NCBI GenBank assembly: GCA_944323095.1
Contig: CALURE010000001.1
Coordinates: forward strand, 1-54,656
DNA from: Candidatus Gastranaerophilales bacterium
GTDB lineage: Bacteria; Cyanobacteriota; Vampirovibrionia; Gastranaerophilales; Gastranaerophilaceae
DNA: 54,656 bases
Reading direction: 5' to 3'
A model generated the notes under the pieces. It saw nothing but the letters and a program-made list of their open reading frames with translations. It did not search any database and was not told where the DNA came from. How positions within the stretch are numbered: the stretch's first letter is position 1; each line of letters begins with the position of its first letter. A program made the position numbers and the translations under genes. This document shows positions 1 to 10,281 of the stretch, in pieces.

Positions 1-1
1 G

Positions 2-244
2 GAAAATAAAATTATTAATATATCCCCGACCCAAAGTATTAGTCTTTTGGAAATTGCTGAGATTATAAACAATTTTAGTGATAAAAAAGTTAACATATTT
101 GTGAAAAATAAAGTTTTGTGTAATGAATATACCGGTGATAATTCATTATTATTGTCAGAAATTCCTGATTTTCAATTTACTACTATGGAAAGCGGGTTAA
201 AAAAATTATATTTATATATGCAGGATAATTTGATAAAAATTTAA
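2..244 (+). CDS. 3' end of NAD-dependent epimerase/dehydratase (truncated by window start)
   Basis: Frame is open from base 2 (ENKIINISPTQSISLLEIAEII...EYTGDNSLL...GLKKLY), typical of extended-SDR C-termini; sugar-cluster context. Confidence 0.55.
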   Translation, partial: ENKIINISPTQSISLLEIAEIINNFSDKKVNIFVKNKVLCNEYTGDNSLLLSEIPDFQFTTMESGLKKLYLYMQDNLIKI

Positions 245-254
245 AGGAGATTTT

Positions 255-1073
255 ATGAATAATTTAGAAAAGAAAATGATAGATACATTGCTTGATTTGA
301 AAGAAAATCATCATGTTGTAGGTGTAAAAGCTGAATTTGAGGCTGAAGGCACGCGTCTTGAGGAGGCTTTAAGGCTTAAAGAAATCGTAACAAAAGCAGG
401 CCTTGATTTAACTATAAAAATTGGCGGCTGCGAAGCAATAAAAGATATGTTTGATGCAAGAACTATCGGTGTTAATACTATTGTTGCACCTATGATTGAG
501 ACTTCTTATGCTATGAAAAAGTATGTTCAGGCTACAAAGTTTGTTTTTCCTGAAGAAGAAAGGAATGATATAAAATTTTTGATTAACATTGAAACAATTA
601 CAGGATTTAAAAATCTTGATGAAATGATAAATTCTTCTTTATTTTCTGATATTGCAGGTGTTGTTCTCGGACGTGTTGATATGACTGGTTCAATGGGATT
701 GACGAGAGAAGATATTAATTGCGAAGAAATTTTTAAAATAGCAGATAGTATTGCATGTAAGATGATGACCAATAAAAAAGATATGGTTATTGGCGGCGGT
801 GTATCAGCTTATTCATTGCCATTTTTTAAACGTTTGCCGTTAAATGCATTGACCCGATTTGAGACAAGGAAGATAATTTTTGATGCCCAAAAAGCAATAA
901 AAGATGCAAATGCAGATAAAGGAATATTAAAGGCAGTAGGTTTTGAGCTGATGTGGCTCAGAAATAAACGTGAATTTTATAAAATGATATTTGAAGAAGA
1001 TGCACAGCGTTTAATTATGTTAGAAGAAAGATATAAAAAGTTGATTGAAGAAGCAGGCGGTAGATATGCTTAA
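255..1073 (+). CDS. HpcH/HpaI aldolase / citrate lyase family protein
   Basis: APMIET, INIET and GRVDM motifs; AAGGAG RBS. Confidence 0.75.
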   Translation: MNNLEKKMIDTLLDLKENHHVVGVKAEFEAEGTRLEEALRLKEIVTKAGLDLTIKIGGCEAIKDMFDARTIGVNTIVAPMIETSYAMKKYVQATKFVFPEEERNDIKFLINIETITGFKNLDEMINSSLFSDIAGVVLGRVDMTGSMGLTREDINCEEIFKIADSIACKMMTNKKDMVIGGGVSAYSLPFFKRLPLNALTRFETRKIIFDAQKAIKDANADKGILKAVGFELMWLRNKREFYKMIFEEDAQRLIMLEERYKKLIEEAGGRYA

Positions 1074-1728
1074 AAATTTTATATTTGATTTAGACGGGAC
1101 ATTGATTAATTCATCAAATGAAGTATTACTATGTCTAAAAAAGTCATTTATTAAAGCAGATTGTCCTTTTTATGAGAATAAACTGTCAAGTGATATAATT
1201 GGACCGCCATTAAAAGAAATAATTAAATCGGTTTGTCATAATGATATTGATGATAAAATTCTTGAAAAAGTAATGTTTAATTTCAGAGATATCTATGATA
1301 ATGAGCCGGATGACATTAGTGAACTGTATGATGGTGTTATTGACTTGTTGTATGATTTGAAAAAATCTGATAATAAACTTTTTATAGCTACTTTTAAACC
1401 GGACAAACCAACAACCAGAATATTGAGTCAGTTTAAATTAAGTATTTTTGATGATGTATATACTATTGATAAATTTAATAAAATAATGAACAAAGCTGAA
1501 ATGATTAAGGATATATTATGCAAATATAGCCTCAAATCTGATGAAACAGTTATGATTGGAGATGCTTTATCTGATGTTCAGGCGGCAAAAAGTGCAGATG
1601 TGTTAAGTATCGGTGTTTTGTGGGGATATTGCAAAAATAAAGAAGATTTAATTAAAAATGCAGATTATACGGTAAATAATATTGAGGAATTAAAGAGATG
1701 TCTAAAATTAAATTATCAGACTATATAG
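1066..1728 (+). CDS. HAD-family hydrolase (phosphoglycolate phosphatase-like)
   Basis: FDLDGTL motif I and MIGDxxxD motif IV; ATG at 1066 preferred over TTG at 1045. Confidence 0.85.
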   Translation: MLKNFIFDLDGTLINSSNEVLLCLKKSFIKADCPFYENKLSSDIIGPPLKEIIKSVCHNDIDDKILEKVMFNFRDIYDNEPDDISELYDGVIDLLYDLKKSDNKLFIATFKPDKPTTRILSQFKLSIFDDVYTIDKFNKIMNKAEMIKDILCKYSLKSDETVMIGDALSDVQAAKSADVLSIGVLWGYCKNKEDLIKNADYTVNNIEELKRCLKLNYQTI

Positions 1729-3470
1729 CAAAACGATTAATGGAACATGGCATAAATCATTTTTTTATGGTGTCAGGCGGTGGAGCAATGCATTTAAATG
1801 ACAGTTTGGGACGGGGGTTGGATTATACCGCTAACCATCATGAACAGGCATGTGCAATTGCTGCAGAAGGTTATGCGCGTGTAAATCAAAAATTAGCAGT
1901 TGTAAATGTTACGACAGGTCCCGGCGGACTAAATTGTCTAAATGGAGTATTCGGTCAATGGACAGATTCTGTTCCTGTATTATATATTTCCGGTCAAGTA
2001 AAATATACTACAACTTTATCATCTTGTCCTGATATTCCTTTAAGGCAGCTTGGAGATCAGGAGGTTGATATTGTATCTGTTGTAAAACCTCTTACAAAAT
2101 ATGCTGTAATGGTAACAAATCCGAATGAAATCAAATATCATATTGACAGGGCAATATATGAGGCTATGAATGGAAGAAAAGGTCCTGTTTGGCTTGATGT
2201 CCCTATGAATGTTCAGGCTGCATTAATTGATGAAGATGATTTAAAAGAATTTGTTCCTCCACAAAAAACTGTGTATGATTTAAAAATTAATGATGTTATT
2301 GAAAAATTAAAATTAGCAAAAAGACCGTTAATAGTTGCAGGACATGGTATTAGGCTTGCCCGTCAGACAAATACTTGGGATAAGCTGTTATCTAATATAA
2401 ACGTTCCGGTTGTTACAACATTTAGTGGTATGGATTTAATACCATCAAATCATAAAAATTTTTGTGGAAGAATTGGTACTGTTGGTCAAAGAGCAGGAAA
2501 TTTTGTTTTACAGAATGCTGACGTTATTTTATTCTTGGGCACACGAAATAATATAAGGCAAATTAGCTATAATTGGGAAAACTTTGCAAAAAATGCATAC
2601 AAAATTGTAGTTGATATTGATAACGCAGAATTAGAAAAACCGACACTTGTTCCTGATTTGAAAATAAATGCTGATTTAAAAGAATTTTTACCTGAATTGG
2701 AAAAAGTTTTTCCTATATTAAATTGTGATGAATGGTTAAGGTTTTCAAAAAATCTTATGCAAAAATATTCTTTTGAAAATACAGAAGAATATCATTCGAA
2801 AAATGGAATAATAAATGTTTATGATTTTGTACATACTTTAACAGGTTTATTGTCGGAAAATGATATTATGATTGCAGGCAATGGCTCTGCCTGTGTTTGT
2901 TCACATCAAACCGGAGTTGTCAAAAATAAGCAGCGTATTATATGGAATTCCGGAGATGCATCTATGGGTTATGACTTACCTGCTGCAATAGGAGCATGTT
3001 ATGAGGCTGGTGATAGAAATGTTATATGTTTAACTGGAGATGGTTCTGTTATGATGAATATACAGGAGCTGCAGACAATTGTTTATAATAAGCTTCCAAT
3101 TAAAATATTCATAATTAATAACGATGGTTACTCGTCAATAAGACAAACCCAGAGAAATTTTTTTAACGGGCATATGACAGGTTCTGGTGCTGACAGCGGA
3201 GTAAGTGTTCCTGATTTTTGCAGGCTTGCGAAAGGTTTTGGAATAACATCTGTAAGAATTTCTAATCCTGATAATATGAAATCTGAAATAAAAAATGTTT
3301 TATCCACAGAAGAACCTATCGTATGTGAAATTATAACAGAAAAAGAATACGCATTTCTTCCAAAACTTTCGGCTAAAAAGCTGGAAGATGGAACGATGAT
3401 ATCCCCGTCGCTTGAGGATATGTATCCATTCCTTGAGAGAGATGAATACAGGAAAAATATGCTGGTTTAA
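1698..3470 (+). CDS. Thiamine-diphosphate-dependent enzyme (acetolactate-synthase-like, sugar-cluster/YerE-like type)
   Basis: HHEQA, VTTGPG and GDGS...NN ThDP motifs; located in a sugar cluster with no ilvN-like partner seen. Confidence 0.85.
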   Translation: MSKIKLSDYIAKRLMEHGINHFFMVSGGGAMHLNDSLGRGLDYTANHHEQACAIAAEGYARVNQKLAVVNVTTGPGGLNCLNGVFGQWTDSVPVLYISGQVKYTTTLSSCPDIPLRQLGDQEVDIVSVVKPLTKYAVMVTNPNEIKYHIDRAIYEAMNGRKGPVWLDVPMNVQAALIDEDDLKEFVPPQKTVYDLKINDVIEKLKLAKRPLIVAGHGIRLARQTNTWDKLLSNINVPVVTTFSGMDLIPSNHKNFCGRIGTVGQRAGNFVLQNADVILFLGTRNNIRQISYNWENFAKNAYKIVVDIDNAELEKPTLVPDLKINADLKEFLPELEKVFPILNCDEWLRFSKNLMQKYSFENTEEYHSKNGIINVYDFVHTLTGLLSENDIMIAGNGSACVCSHQTGVVKNKQRIIWNSGDASMGYDLPAAIGACYEAGDRNVICLTGDGSVMMNIQELQTIVYNKLPIKIFIINNDGYSSIRQTQRNFFNGHMTGSGADSGVSVPDFCRLAKGFGITSVRISNPDNMKSEIKNVLSTEEPIVCEIITEKEYAFLPKLSAKKLEDGTMISPSLEDMYPFLERDEYRKNMLV

Positions 3471-3472
3471 TT

Positions 3473-5500
3473 TCAGGCTGTTTCTTCTAAAGCTTCGCGT
3501 GTGGCTTGAAGGTATGCATATCCGTATCGTTGATCCGGTTCAAGATGTGCCCCTTTGTCCCACTCGTTCCAGGAGTTGACAAATACAAACTGTTCATTTT
3601 CAGGGTTATTTTGTTTTGTCCACTTGATGCATTCACTCAGCCATTTTTTATATTCATATGGTTTTACATTAAAAATGTCTGTCCATATGTACCCTTGTTG
3701 TGCAGTGTTATCCCAGCCCGGAAATACTGTTTTGAACAATCTGTAGTCTGTTTTATATATGAATTCATTATTATTTATGTAGTCACTGACATCATGAATT
3801 TTTCCGATGAAATTTTTGTTGCTTGAGCAATTTAATTGTCTCTTGTTTAATACAAGGTTATGCGGCGGAAATTCAACCATCGCATCCATAAAATATTTTT
3901 CTGGTTTCAAGCAGTACCCGAAAGTTTTTGCATTGATAAGATATAAATCATTAAAACCGTTTTCTTTTGCAAGCGTACGAAGCGTTTTTACAAATTTTTC
4001 AAATCTATTAATATTAAATAAATGTGGTCTGTAGATTATTAATACTGGTTTGTTATCTATTTTTATATATCTTGTATCTTTAAAAAACGCTAATATATCA
4101 TAGAAAAATTTTTCATCATCTCCGTCAAGAAGTTTTTGCTCAATTAAAATTTCTTTATTGCATATATCTAATTGTTTTGAATAATTTTCATTTCTCCAGC
4201 ATAGACAGAATGGAAAATCTAATTCTTTGTTATTTAAATAGTTAAAGATTGGTGTTTCCATTAATCGTTTACCTGAAAACCAGTAATAATTGAAACAAAA
4301 ACCTGAAATTCCATATTGCTTTGCAAGTTCTATCTGTCTGTACATAATCTTATCAGTGCTTAAATCGTAAAATCCGACATCAACAGGCAGCTGCGGTTGA
4401 TGATGTTCCGTGTATTGCGGTATTGCTTTTGTTACATTAGTCCATTCCGTGAATCCGCGTCCATGCCATTTTTCGTTTTCCTTAAAAGTATAAAATTGCG
4501 GCTGGTAAAATGCTATAATTTTTGTATTAATATTTTTTGTATCAATCGTAGTATCAGATAAGTCTTTATAATATTCACTCTTAGGGCTTAAATTGTTGTT
4601 TAATATATATTCAAGATATTTTATTTTTTCAGATTTACTATTATGAAGGCAATATATAAATTTTTTACCGAGAATTGTAATGTCTTTTTGTCTTCCGGAA
4701 TAGAATTTTGTGTTTTTTATTGAAAAGATTGTTTCCAATATTTGTTTAAGCTGTAGTTTAAAATATAATTTATAATTTTTTACAGGATAAATATTAAATC
4801 CGAATTCATCTACCGCAAGGCTTAAAACTCTTTCATATGCATGTGCAAGGGTTGTATTACAAGAACTACCTCCTGAATGTTCAAATCTTGATTTCCTAAT
4901 TACATCCCGCTTAAGAAAATTATAAATTTCTGCCCTTGCCATAAACATTGTTCCTGCGCAGAATTTTCGAGATTTTGTTTTGAAATTTAATAATTTTAAT
5001 TCATCATCAAGCATATAAGTGTCTTCTGGAAGTTGATCTTCTGTTTCAAATAAAAATACTTCACTGCATAACATTCCAATAGCGGGATTATTATCAAGAA
5101 TATTTAAATTCTTTTTAAATTTATTTTTGCTGCCTATTAAAGAATTTATTAATTGATCTCTCCACCAGTATCCTGTTGCTTTGTAGTCTTTTATATATTT
5201 CATTGATGATTTATTTTTTGTGTGAATTTTTAATATATATGAATAGTCATTCAGGTTCACCAATTTCATAATTTGTATAAATGGCCATACATCATATCCG
5301 GTGTTGTCAACTTTTATTAAATGTACATCAGGTTTTAATTTTAATAATTTTTTGTTAGAACTGAGATTTTCAGTATTGAAGGTTACATATAAATCCCAAT
5401 CACAATTGTTTATATTGTTTAATTTTTTTATCATGAAGTCTATTTGATCGTGGTAATACAGGTGTAAATGTACAAGTACTTTTTTATTTTTCATCAACAC
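3473..5500 (-). CDS. Rhamnan synthesis F (RgpF)-like domain fused to WbsX/GH99-like domain
   Basis: N-term VHLHLYY, NxGYDVWPF, KIHTK, FCAGTMFMAR, AHAYER; C-term IAFYQPQF, WHGRGFTEWTNV, NSWNEW..GAHLEP. Confidence 0.8.
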   Translation of the reverse strand: MLMKNKKVLVHLHLYYHDQIDFMIKKLNNINNCDWDLYVTFNTENLSSNKKLLKLKPDVHLIKVDNTGYDVWPFIQIMKLVNLNDYSYILKIHTKNKSSMKYIKDYKATGYWWRDQLINSLIGSKNKFKKNLNILDNNPAIGMLCSEVFLFETEDQLPEDTYMLDDELKLLNFKTKSRKFCAGTMFMARAEIYNFLKRDVIRKSRFEHSGGSSCNTTLAHAYERVLSLAVDEFGFNIYPVKNYKLYFKLQLKQILETIFSIKNTKFYSGRQKDITILGKKFIYCLHNSKSEKIKYLEYILNNNLSPKSEYYKDLSDTTIDTKNINTKIIAFYQPQFYTFKENEKWHGRGFTEWTNVTKAIPQYTEHHQPQLPVDVGFYDLSTDKIMYRQIELAKQYGISGFCFNYYWFSGKRLMETPIFNYLNNKELDFPFCLCWRNENYSKQLDICNKEILIEQKLLDGDDEKFFYDILAFFKDTRYIKIDNKPVLIIYRPHLFNINRFEKFVKTLRTLAKENGFNDLYLINAKTFGYCLKPEKYFMDAMVEFPPHNLVLNKRQLNCSSNKNFIGKIHDVSDYINNNEFIYKTDYRLFKTVFPGWDNTAQQGYIWTDIFNVKPYEYKKWLSECIKWTKQNNPENEQFVFVNSWNEWDKGAHLEPDQRYGYAYLQATREALEETA

Positions 5501-7374
5501 ATCTCCTCTTTCAGATAATCAGGACAATTAATATCTTTTTGTACAATTTCATAAAGAGCTTTGTTTTCGTTTTCTAAGTAATTTAAAATATTTTTTATTT
5601 CGTTTTTGTTATGAATATTTTTATCTGAAAATATTTTTATTTTTATAAGCGGAAATTTATATTTAGAAAGTAAAACAAATGGCAAATACAATGATTTATT
5701 AATTGTATTATTATTTGCATTTTCATTAATTGTCAGAGGAATATAAGTTAAGAATTTGTATCCTGCTTTTGTTAGGAAAGAAGTCAATCCTGCTTCATAT
5801 TTTTTTATAACTCCGGCAACATTTCTTTGATGTTTAATATTGTTGATAAATTTAATAAATTTATTATCAGTAAATATATTCTTTTTGAAAACATAAAAAA
5901 AAGATTGCACATGTTCTTCTTTTATAACGTCTGAACTCAACCCCCAGAAGTCGCATTTTTTTGTTTTCATTATGTCGAAAACATTCTCAAAAGGGTAAAC
6001 CGGTCCGTAGCAGCTGTCATTACAAAATATTATCTCGTTTGAATTTTTAAGAAGGTTGTTTTTTCTTGCGATATTAAAACCTCTTTTGTATGAACCGAAA
6101 TCGTATTCGTTATGCCGTTCAAATTGTGCAAAGATTACAAGCTCTTTGATTTTTTCAGCTTCTTCTTTTAAAACAGGATTATCTGCAATAAAAATTATAC
6201 CGTCTGATATTTTCAAAAGTTCTTTCAGGTAATAAATTACATAATCAGGTATTTTTCCGTCTTTATTAAAGCTTGCGAATATTGTTATGCGTTTATGCGT
6301 ATTGTGGTTGTAGTTTTTAATATTATCAATAATCATATTCTGCATATCAGCAGGAAATTTAATTTTTTTAGACGGCGGGGCATATGCAATTTCAATCCCG
6401 AATATTGTTATAACTTTATGCTTTAGTCCATATCTCTCTTTATTTTTAAGTGAAAATATTTTTTCAAATATATTAGAGTAAATGATTTTATCGTGATTAA
6501 TATTTTCAATAAGTTTTTCAATATTTTTGTAATTTATTTCTTGCGCATATTTTTTTGCTGTTTCGGTTATTAATGGTTTATTTTTTTCATCTGATAATTT
6601 GTAAGCTAGACGCAGATATAATTCAAATAATTTTCTAATTGATTTATTATGTTTTTTCAATAAGTCATTGTTTACAAATCTTTGATATAGATTGTGCCAT
6701 GCATAGAGATGGTGAATTGATTTATCACTGCAGTTATTCATAATTGATGAGCTTCTCTGCCTGTAAAAATAATACTTTTTATTATCGCACAGGTAATAAG
6801 CATTTTTTATATGTGTCATATAATCCCATAAAAAAACAAAGTCCTCAAAATATAATCCTGCGGGAAATTTTATATCATATTTTTTTATGATTTCTGTTTT
6901 AAATAATTTATTCCATGCATATACGTTTGTTTTAAAAATAAGTTTGTCGGTGACTTTTTGAAGTCCGTTTTGTCTGCATATAAGATTTTTATTTAGTTTG
7001 TTATCTATATGAACATTTCCAAAAGCCTGCGCATTAAAACATATCATATCAACGGGCAAGTGATTAATCAGCGTTTCATAAAGAGTTTCGTCAATATAGT
7101 CATCACTGTCAATAAAAGAGATGTATTCACCTTCAGCATGTTCTATCCCTGTATTTCGAGCTGCTGAAAGTCCTTGATTTTGCTGATTTATAATCCTTAT
7201 TCTTGAATCCAGCGTGCTGTATCTTTTTAAAATTTCTTCAGATTTATCTTTAGAACCGTCATTTACGCATATAATTTCAATATCTTTAAATGTCTGGTTA
7301 ATGACACTGTCCAAACATTTTTCAAGATATTTCTCAACATTATAAACAGGAATTATAACGGAAATTTTCGGCAT
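5494..7374 (-). CDS. GT2 glycosyltransferase fused to RgpF-like domain
   Basis: ISVIIPVYNVE, NDGSKD, FIDSDD, FED; second half YDFGSYKRG, NDSCYGP, DFWG, HVQSFF. Confidence 0.85.
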   Translation of the reverse strand: MPKISVIIPVYNVEKYLEKCLDSVINQTFKDIEIICVNDGSKDKSEEILKRYSTLDSRIRIINQQNQGLSAARNTGIEHAEGEYISFIDSDDYIDETLYETLINHLPVDMICFNAQAFGNVHIDNKLNKNLICRQNGLQKVTDKLIFKTNVYAWNKLFKTEIIKKYDIKFPAGLYFEDFVFLWDYMTHIKNAYYLCDNKKYYFYRQRSSSIMNNCSDKSIHHLYAWHNLYQRFVNNDLLKKHNKSIRKLFELYLRLAYKLSDEKNKPLITETAKKYAQEINYKNIEKLIENINHDKIIYSNIFEKIFSLKNKERYGLKHKVITIFGIEIAYAPPSKKIKFPADMQNMIIDNIKNYNHNTHKRITIFASFNKDGKIPDYVIYYLKELLKISDGIIFIADNPVLKEEAEKIKELVIFAQFERHNEYDFGSYKRGFNIARKNNLLKNSNEIIFCNDSCYGPVYPFENVFDIMKTKKCDFWGLSSDVIKEEHVQSFFYVFKKNIFTDNKFIKFINNIKHQRNVAGVIKKYEAGLTSFLTKAGYKFLTYIPLTINENANNNTINKSLYLPFVLLSKYKFPLIKIKIFSDKNIHNKNEIKNILNYLENENKALYEIVQKDINCPDYLKEEMC

Positions 7375-8441
7375 TATATTATTTCCTTTCCGAATAACGT
7401 CATTTCTAATTTGCCGTTTCTAAAGTGTATCGAAAGTATATTTTTTCTGAATTGATTAAATTTGCGTCTTCTTTCTATATTTTTTAATACTTTCAAATAT
7501 TTGTCAGGAGAATTTATTAAAACCATAAATTCTTTTTTCTTAATTTTTTTGAAAAATTCATCCTGCAAAAGTCCTGAGTCATACTCTTTTTTGAAATGTT
7601 CGGAAAATACCTTTATAAATTCAGGTTTAACACTGTCGTCTATTCTTAAAACAGAGCTTACATAGCCATTATACCTGTTAATTTCTTCCTGAATTTTAAA
7701 TTTATCTTTAATATCAGGGTATTTTTCAAGAAATCTGTCAATTTCATCGTATTCATCACATACACAGTAAACTTTTGTTTTGCTTTTTACTGATGAATTC
7801 ATATTATCCTGCCTGTAGTACAAATAGGCTTTGTCAGTTAACACGACTCTTTGAGCGAGAGCAAATACTTTAAAAGAAAAAGCCAGATCCTGATAACTCG
7901 CTCCAGGTGTTTCAAGAAATCTTATATTGTATTTATTTAAAAATTCTCTTTTATAAATTGCACTCCATACAGAAGGGTTAATTCTCAAAAGGCTTTTATC
8001 CTCTGTTGAATTCGTTAATTTAAATGTTTTTGCTGAAGATATTCTGTTATTTTTCCGCGCAAATTTATTTTTTGACCAGTAGTTGTACCAATCACCTTTA
8101 ACAATATCTGCATTATATTCTTTTGCAATTTTATACAGATCCTCAAACATATTTTTAGAGACAAAATCGTCTGATTCTATAATTCCTATATATTCTCCGC
8201 TTGCAATATTTAAGCCGGTATTCATTGTGTGACCGTAACCTGAATTCGATTTATTTATAACAATTACACGTTTATCTTTCACTGCATATTCATTTAAAAT
8301 TTCAAGTGATTTGTCTTTAGAACCATCATTTACACATATGATTTCTATATCTGTCATTGTCTGAGATAAAATACTATCGATACACTCTGTTAAATATTTT
8401 TCAACATTATAAACAGGCACTATTACACTAACTTTTGCCAT
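7374..8441 (-). CDS. GT2 glycosyltransferase
   Basis: VSVIVPVYNVE, IESDD and ETPGASYQD motifs. Confidence 0.9.
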   Translation of the reverse strand: MAKVSVIVPVYNVEKYLTECIDSILSQTMTDIEIICVNDGSKDKSLEILNEYAVKDKRVIVINKSNSGYGHTMNTGLNIASGEYIGIIESDDFVSKNMFEDLYKIAKEYNADIVKGDWYNYWSKNKFARKNNRISSAKTFKLTNSTEDKSLLRINPSVWSAIYKREFLNKYNIRFLETPGASYQDLAFSFKVFALAQRVVLTDKAYLYYRQDNMNSSVKSKTKVYCVCDEYDEIDRFLEKYPDIKDKFKIQEEINRYNGYVSSVLRIDDSVKPEFIKVFSEHFKKEYDSGLLQDEFFKKIKKKEFMVLINSPDKYLKVLKNIERRRKFNQFRKNILSIHFRNGKLEMTLFGKEII

Positions 8442-9546
8442 TACTTTTTATCTCCTCAAATAATTCCATAGCTCTTTCTATAGCTTTATCCATGTTGTAA
8501 TATTTATAATCCCCGAGTCTGCCGAGGAAATATACATTTTGCGGAATTTCTTTTTTGTATTTTTCATAAAGTTTGGTATTTTCTTCATTAATTATCGGAT
8601 AATAACGATCATTTTTCCCTAATTTAAAGTCTTGAGAATATTCTTTTGCGATAACTGTTTTTTTAGATCTGTCATTAAGATAATATTTGTACTCGTGAAT
8701 TCTTGTAAAATCATAATTACAAGGATAATTTACAACAGCATTTGACTGATAAAATTCGCAGTTATGTGTTTCAAATTTGAAATTCACACTTCTGTATGGC
8801 AGTATGCCGTATTTATAATTGAAAAATTCATCTATCGAGCCTGTACAAAATATTCTTTTAAAGTCTGAAAATTCTGCAGAATTATATTCAGTGTTAAGCT
8901 TTACTTCAATTAGCGGATGATCAAGGATTTTTTCAACCATTTTTGTATAACCGTTTAGTGGTATTCCCTGATATTTGTCCTGAAAATATCTGTCATCTCT
9001 GCTTATATACACAGGAACTCGTGCTGTTACGGAATTGTCTATTTCTTCAGGACTTTTGCCCCATTGTTTGGTTGTATAATGCAGAAACACTTTTTCATAA
9101 ACATATTTTGCTAAAAATTTTAAATCTTCATCATTTTGTTTTTGAAATTCAAGAATAGGAACTCTGGTATTGTATTCAAAATTTTTCAAGAGTTTATCTT
9201 CAATTCTTGATGCAAGGCTTTGCGGCAAGACTTCATAAAGTGTATTTATATTGAAAGGGATTGTTGTTTCAATCCCGTCAATTAGCGCAATAACTTTATG
9301 CATATATGTATTGAAATCCGTAAATTCTTTTACAAACTGCCAAACGTTCTCATTATTTGTGTGAAAAATATGAGAGCCGTATTTGTGAATACAGATTTCA
9401 TTTTCGTCTTTATAATCATATATATTGCCGGCAATATGATTTTTTCTGTCAATTACCAGAACTTTTTCACCGGATCGGGCAAGCAGACGTGCAATTACGA
9501 CACCGGATAACCCGCATCCTATCACCAAGTTTGTATTTATCATCAT
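8428..9546 (-). CDS. glf: UDP-galactopyranose mutase
   Basis: GCGLSG FAD motif, HKYGSHIFHT, YQGIP, GRLGDYKYYNMD. Confidence 0.95.
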   Translation of the reverse strand: MMINTNLVIGCGLSGVVIARLLARSGEKVLVIDRKNHIAGNIYDYKDENEICIHKYGSHIFHTNNENVWQFVKEFTDFNTYMHKVIALIDGIETTIPFNINTLYEVLPQSLASRIEDKLLKNFEYNTRVPILEFQKQNDEDLKFLAKYVYEKVFLHYTTKQWGKSPEEIDNSVTARVPVYISRDDRYFQDKYQGIPLNGYTKMVEKILDHPLIEVKLNTEYNSAEFSDFKRIFCTGSIDEFFNYKYGILPYRSVNFKFETHNCEFYQSNAVVNYPCNYDFTRIHEYKYYLNDRSKKTVIAKEYSQDFKLGKNDRYYPIINEENTKLYEKYKKEIPQNVYFLGRLGDYKYYNMDKAIERAMELFEEIKSNGKS

Positions 9547-9614
9547 ATACTCTCTTTAATGATGATACTACAAACAAAGATGTTGTAAAAATCATTTTAA
9601 AGAATTATTAAGAG

Positions 9615-10265
9615 TTAATAATTCATTTTCCAGTTGGAACCCATTAGTTTATTTAAACAGCCAATACCTTTTGTACTATTAGTACATGTATCTCCGCTTT
9701 CGCCACCGGTTGAATAGCCGTATTCATTAGTTGAACTGCCGCTGCTTCCGTTGTCACCGACTATTTGTCCCTGAGAAGTTATGTAATATGCAAATAAATC
9801 TCTGCCTGAAATATTCGGTTTATCCTGACCGTTTGTATCAACGTAAACATGCAACTGATTATTGCTTGCTTTCACACATAATCCAACTCCGTTTGCAAGC
9901 AAAAATTGATTGCCGTCGCAAGCAAAAGTTGCAGATGTACCTGATATAGATTTATATTTTGATGCAAACGCATTGTATTCTGCTGCGACTTTGAAATGTG
10001 ATTTAATAAAGTTAGTAAGACTGCCGGACGAACCATCCGGTTGTTTGCCCGTAAAAACACTTGTTTGTGAAAATTTAGTTTTTCCTTCTTCTGTTATAAG
10101 CATGTCAACAGCATTTGTCATTTCATTGACAGCTTTTCTTATCTGTATTGCCTGAGCTTCTTTCTGGTAGTTATTAACAAGGTTTGGTACAGTTAAAGCT
10201 GCCACAATGCCTATGATACTCATTGTTATTAATACTTCAGATAATGTAAATGCTTGTTTTTTCAT
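9615..10265 (-). CDS. Type IV pilin-like / prepilin N-terminal cleavage protein
   Basis: KKQA|FTLSEVLITMSIIGIVAALTVP; C-terminal DTNG..PN..GRDLF and Cys pairs. Confidence 0.85.
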   Translation of the reverse strand: MKKQAFTLSEVLITMSIIGIVAALTVPNLVNNYQKEAQAIQIRKAVNEMTNAVDMLITEEGKTKFSQTSVFTGKQPDGSSGSLTNFIKSHFKVAAEYNAFASKYKSISGTSATFACDGNQFLLANGVGLCVKASNNQLHVYVDTNGQDKPNISGRDLFAYYITSQGQIVGDNGSSGSSTNEYGYSTGGESGDTCTNSTKGIGCLNKLMGSNWKMNY

Positions 10266-10281
10266 TATTTATCCCTTTCAC

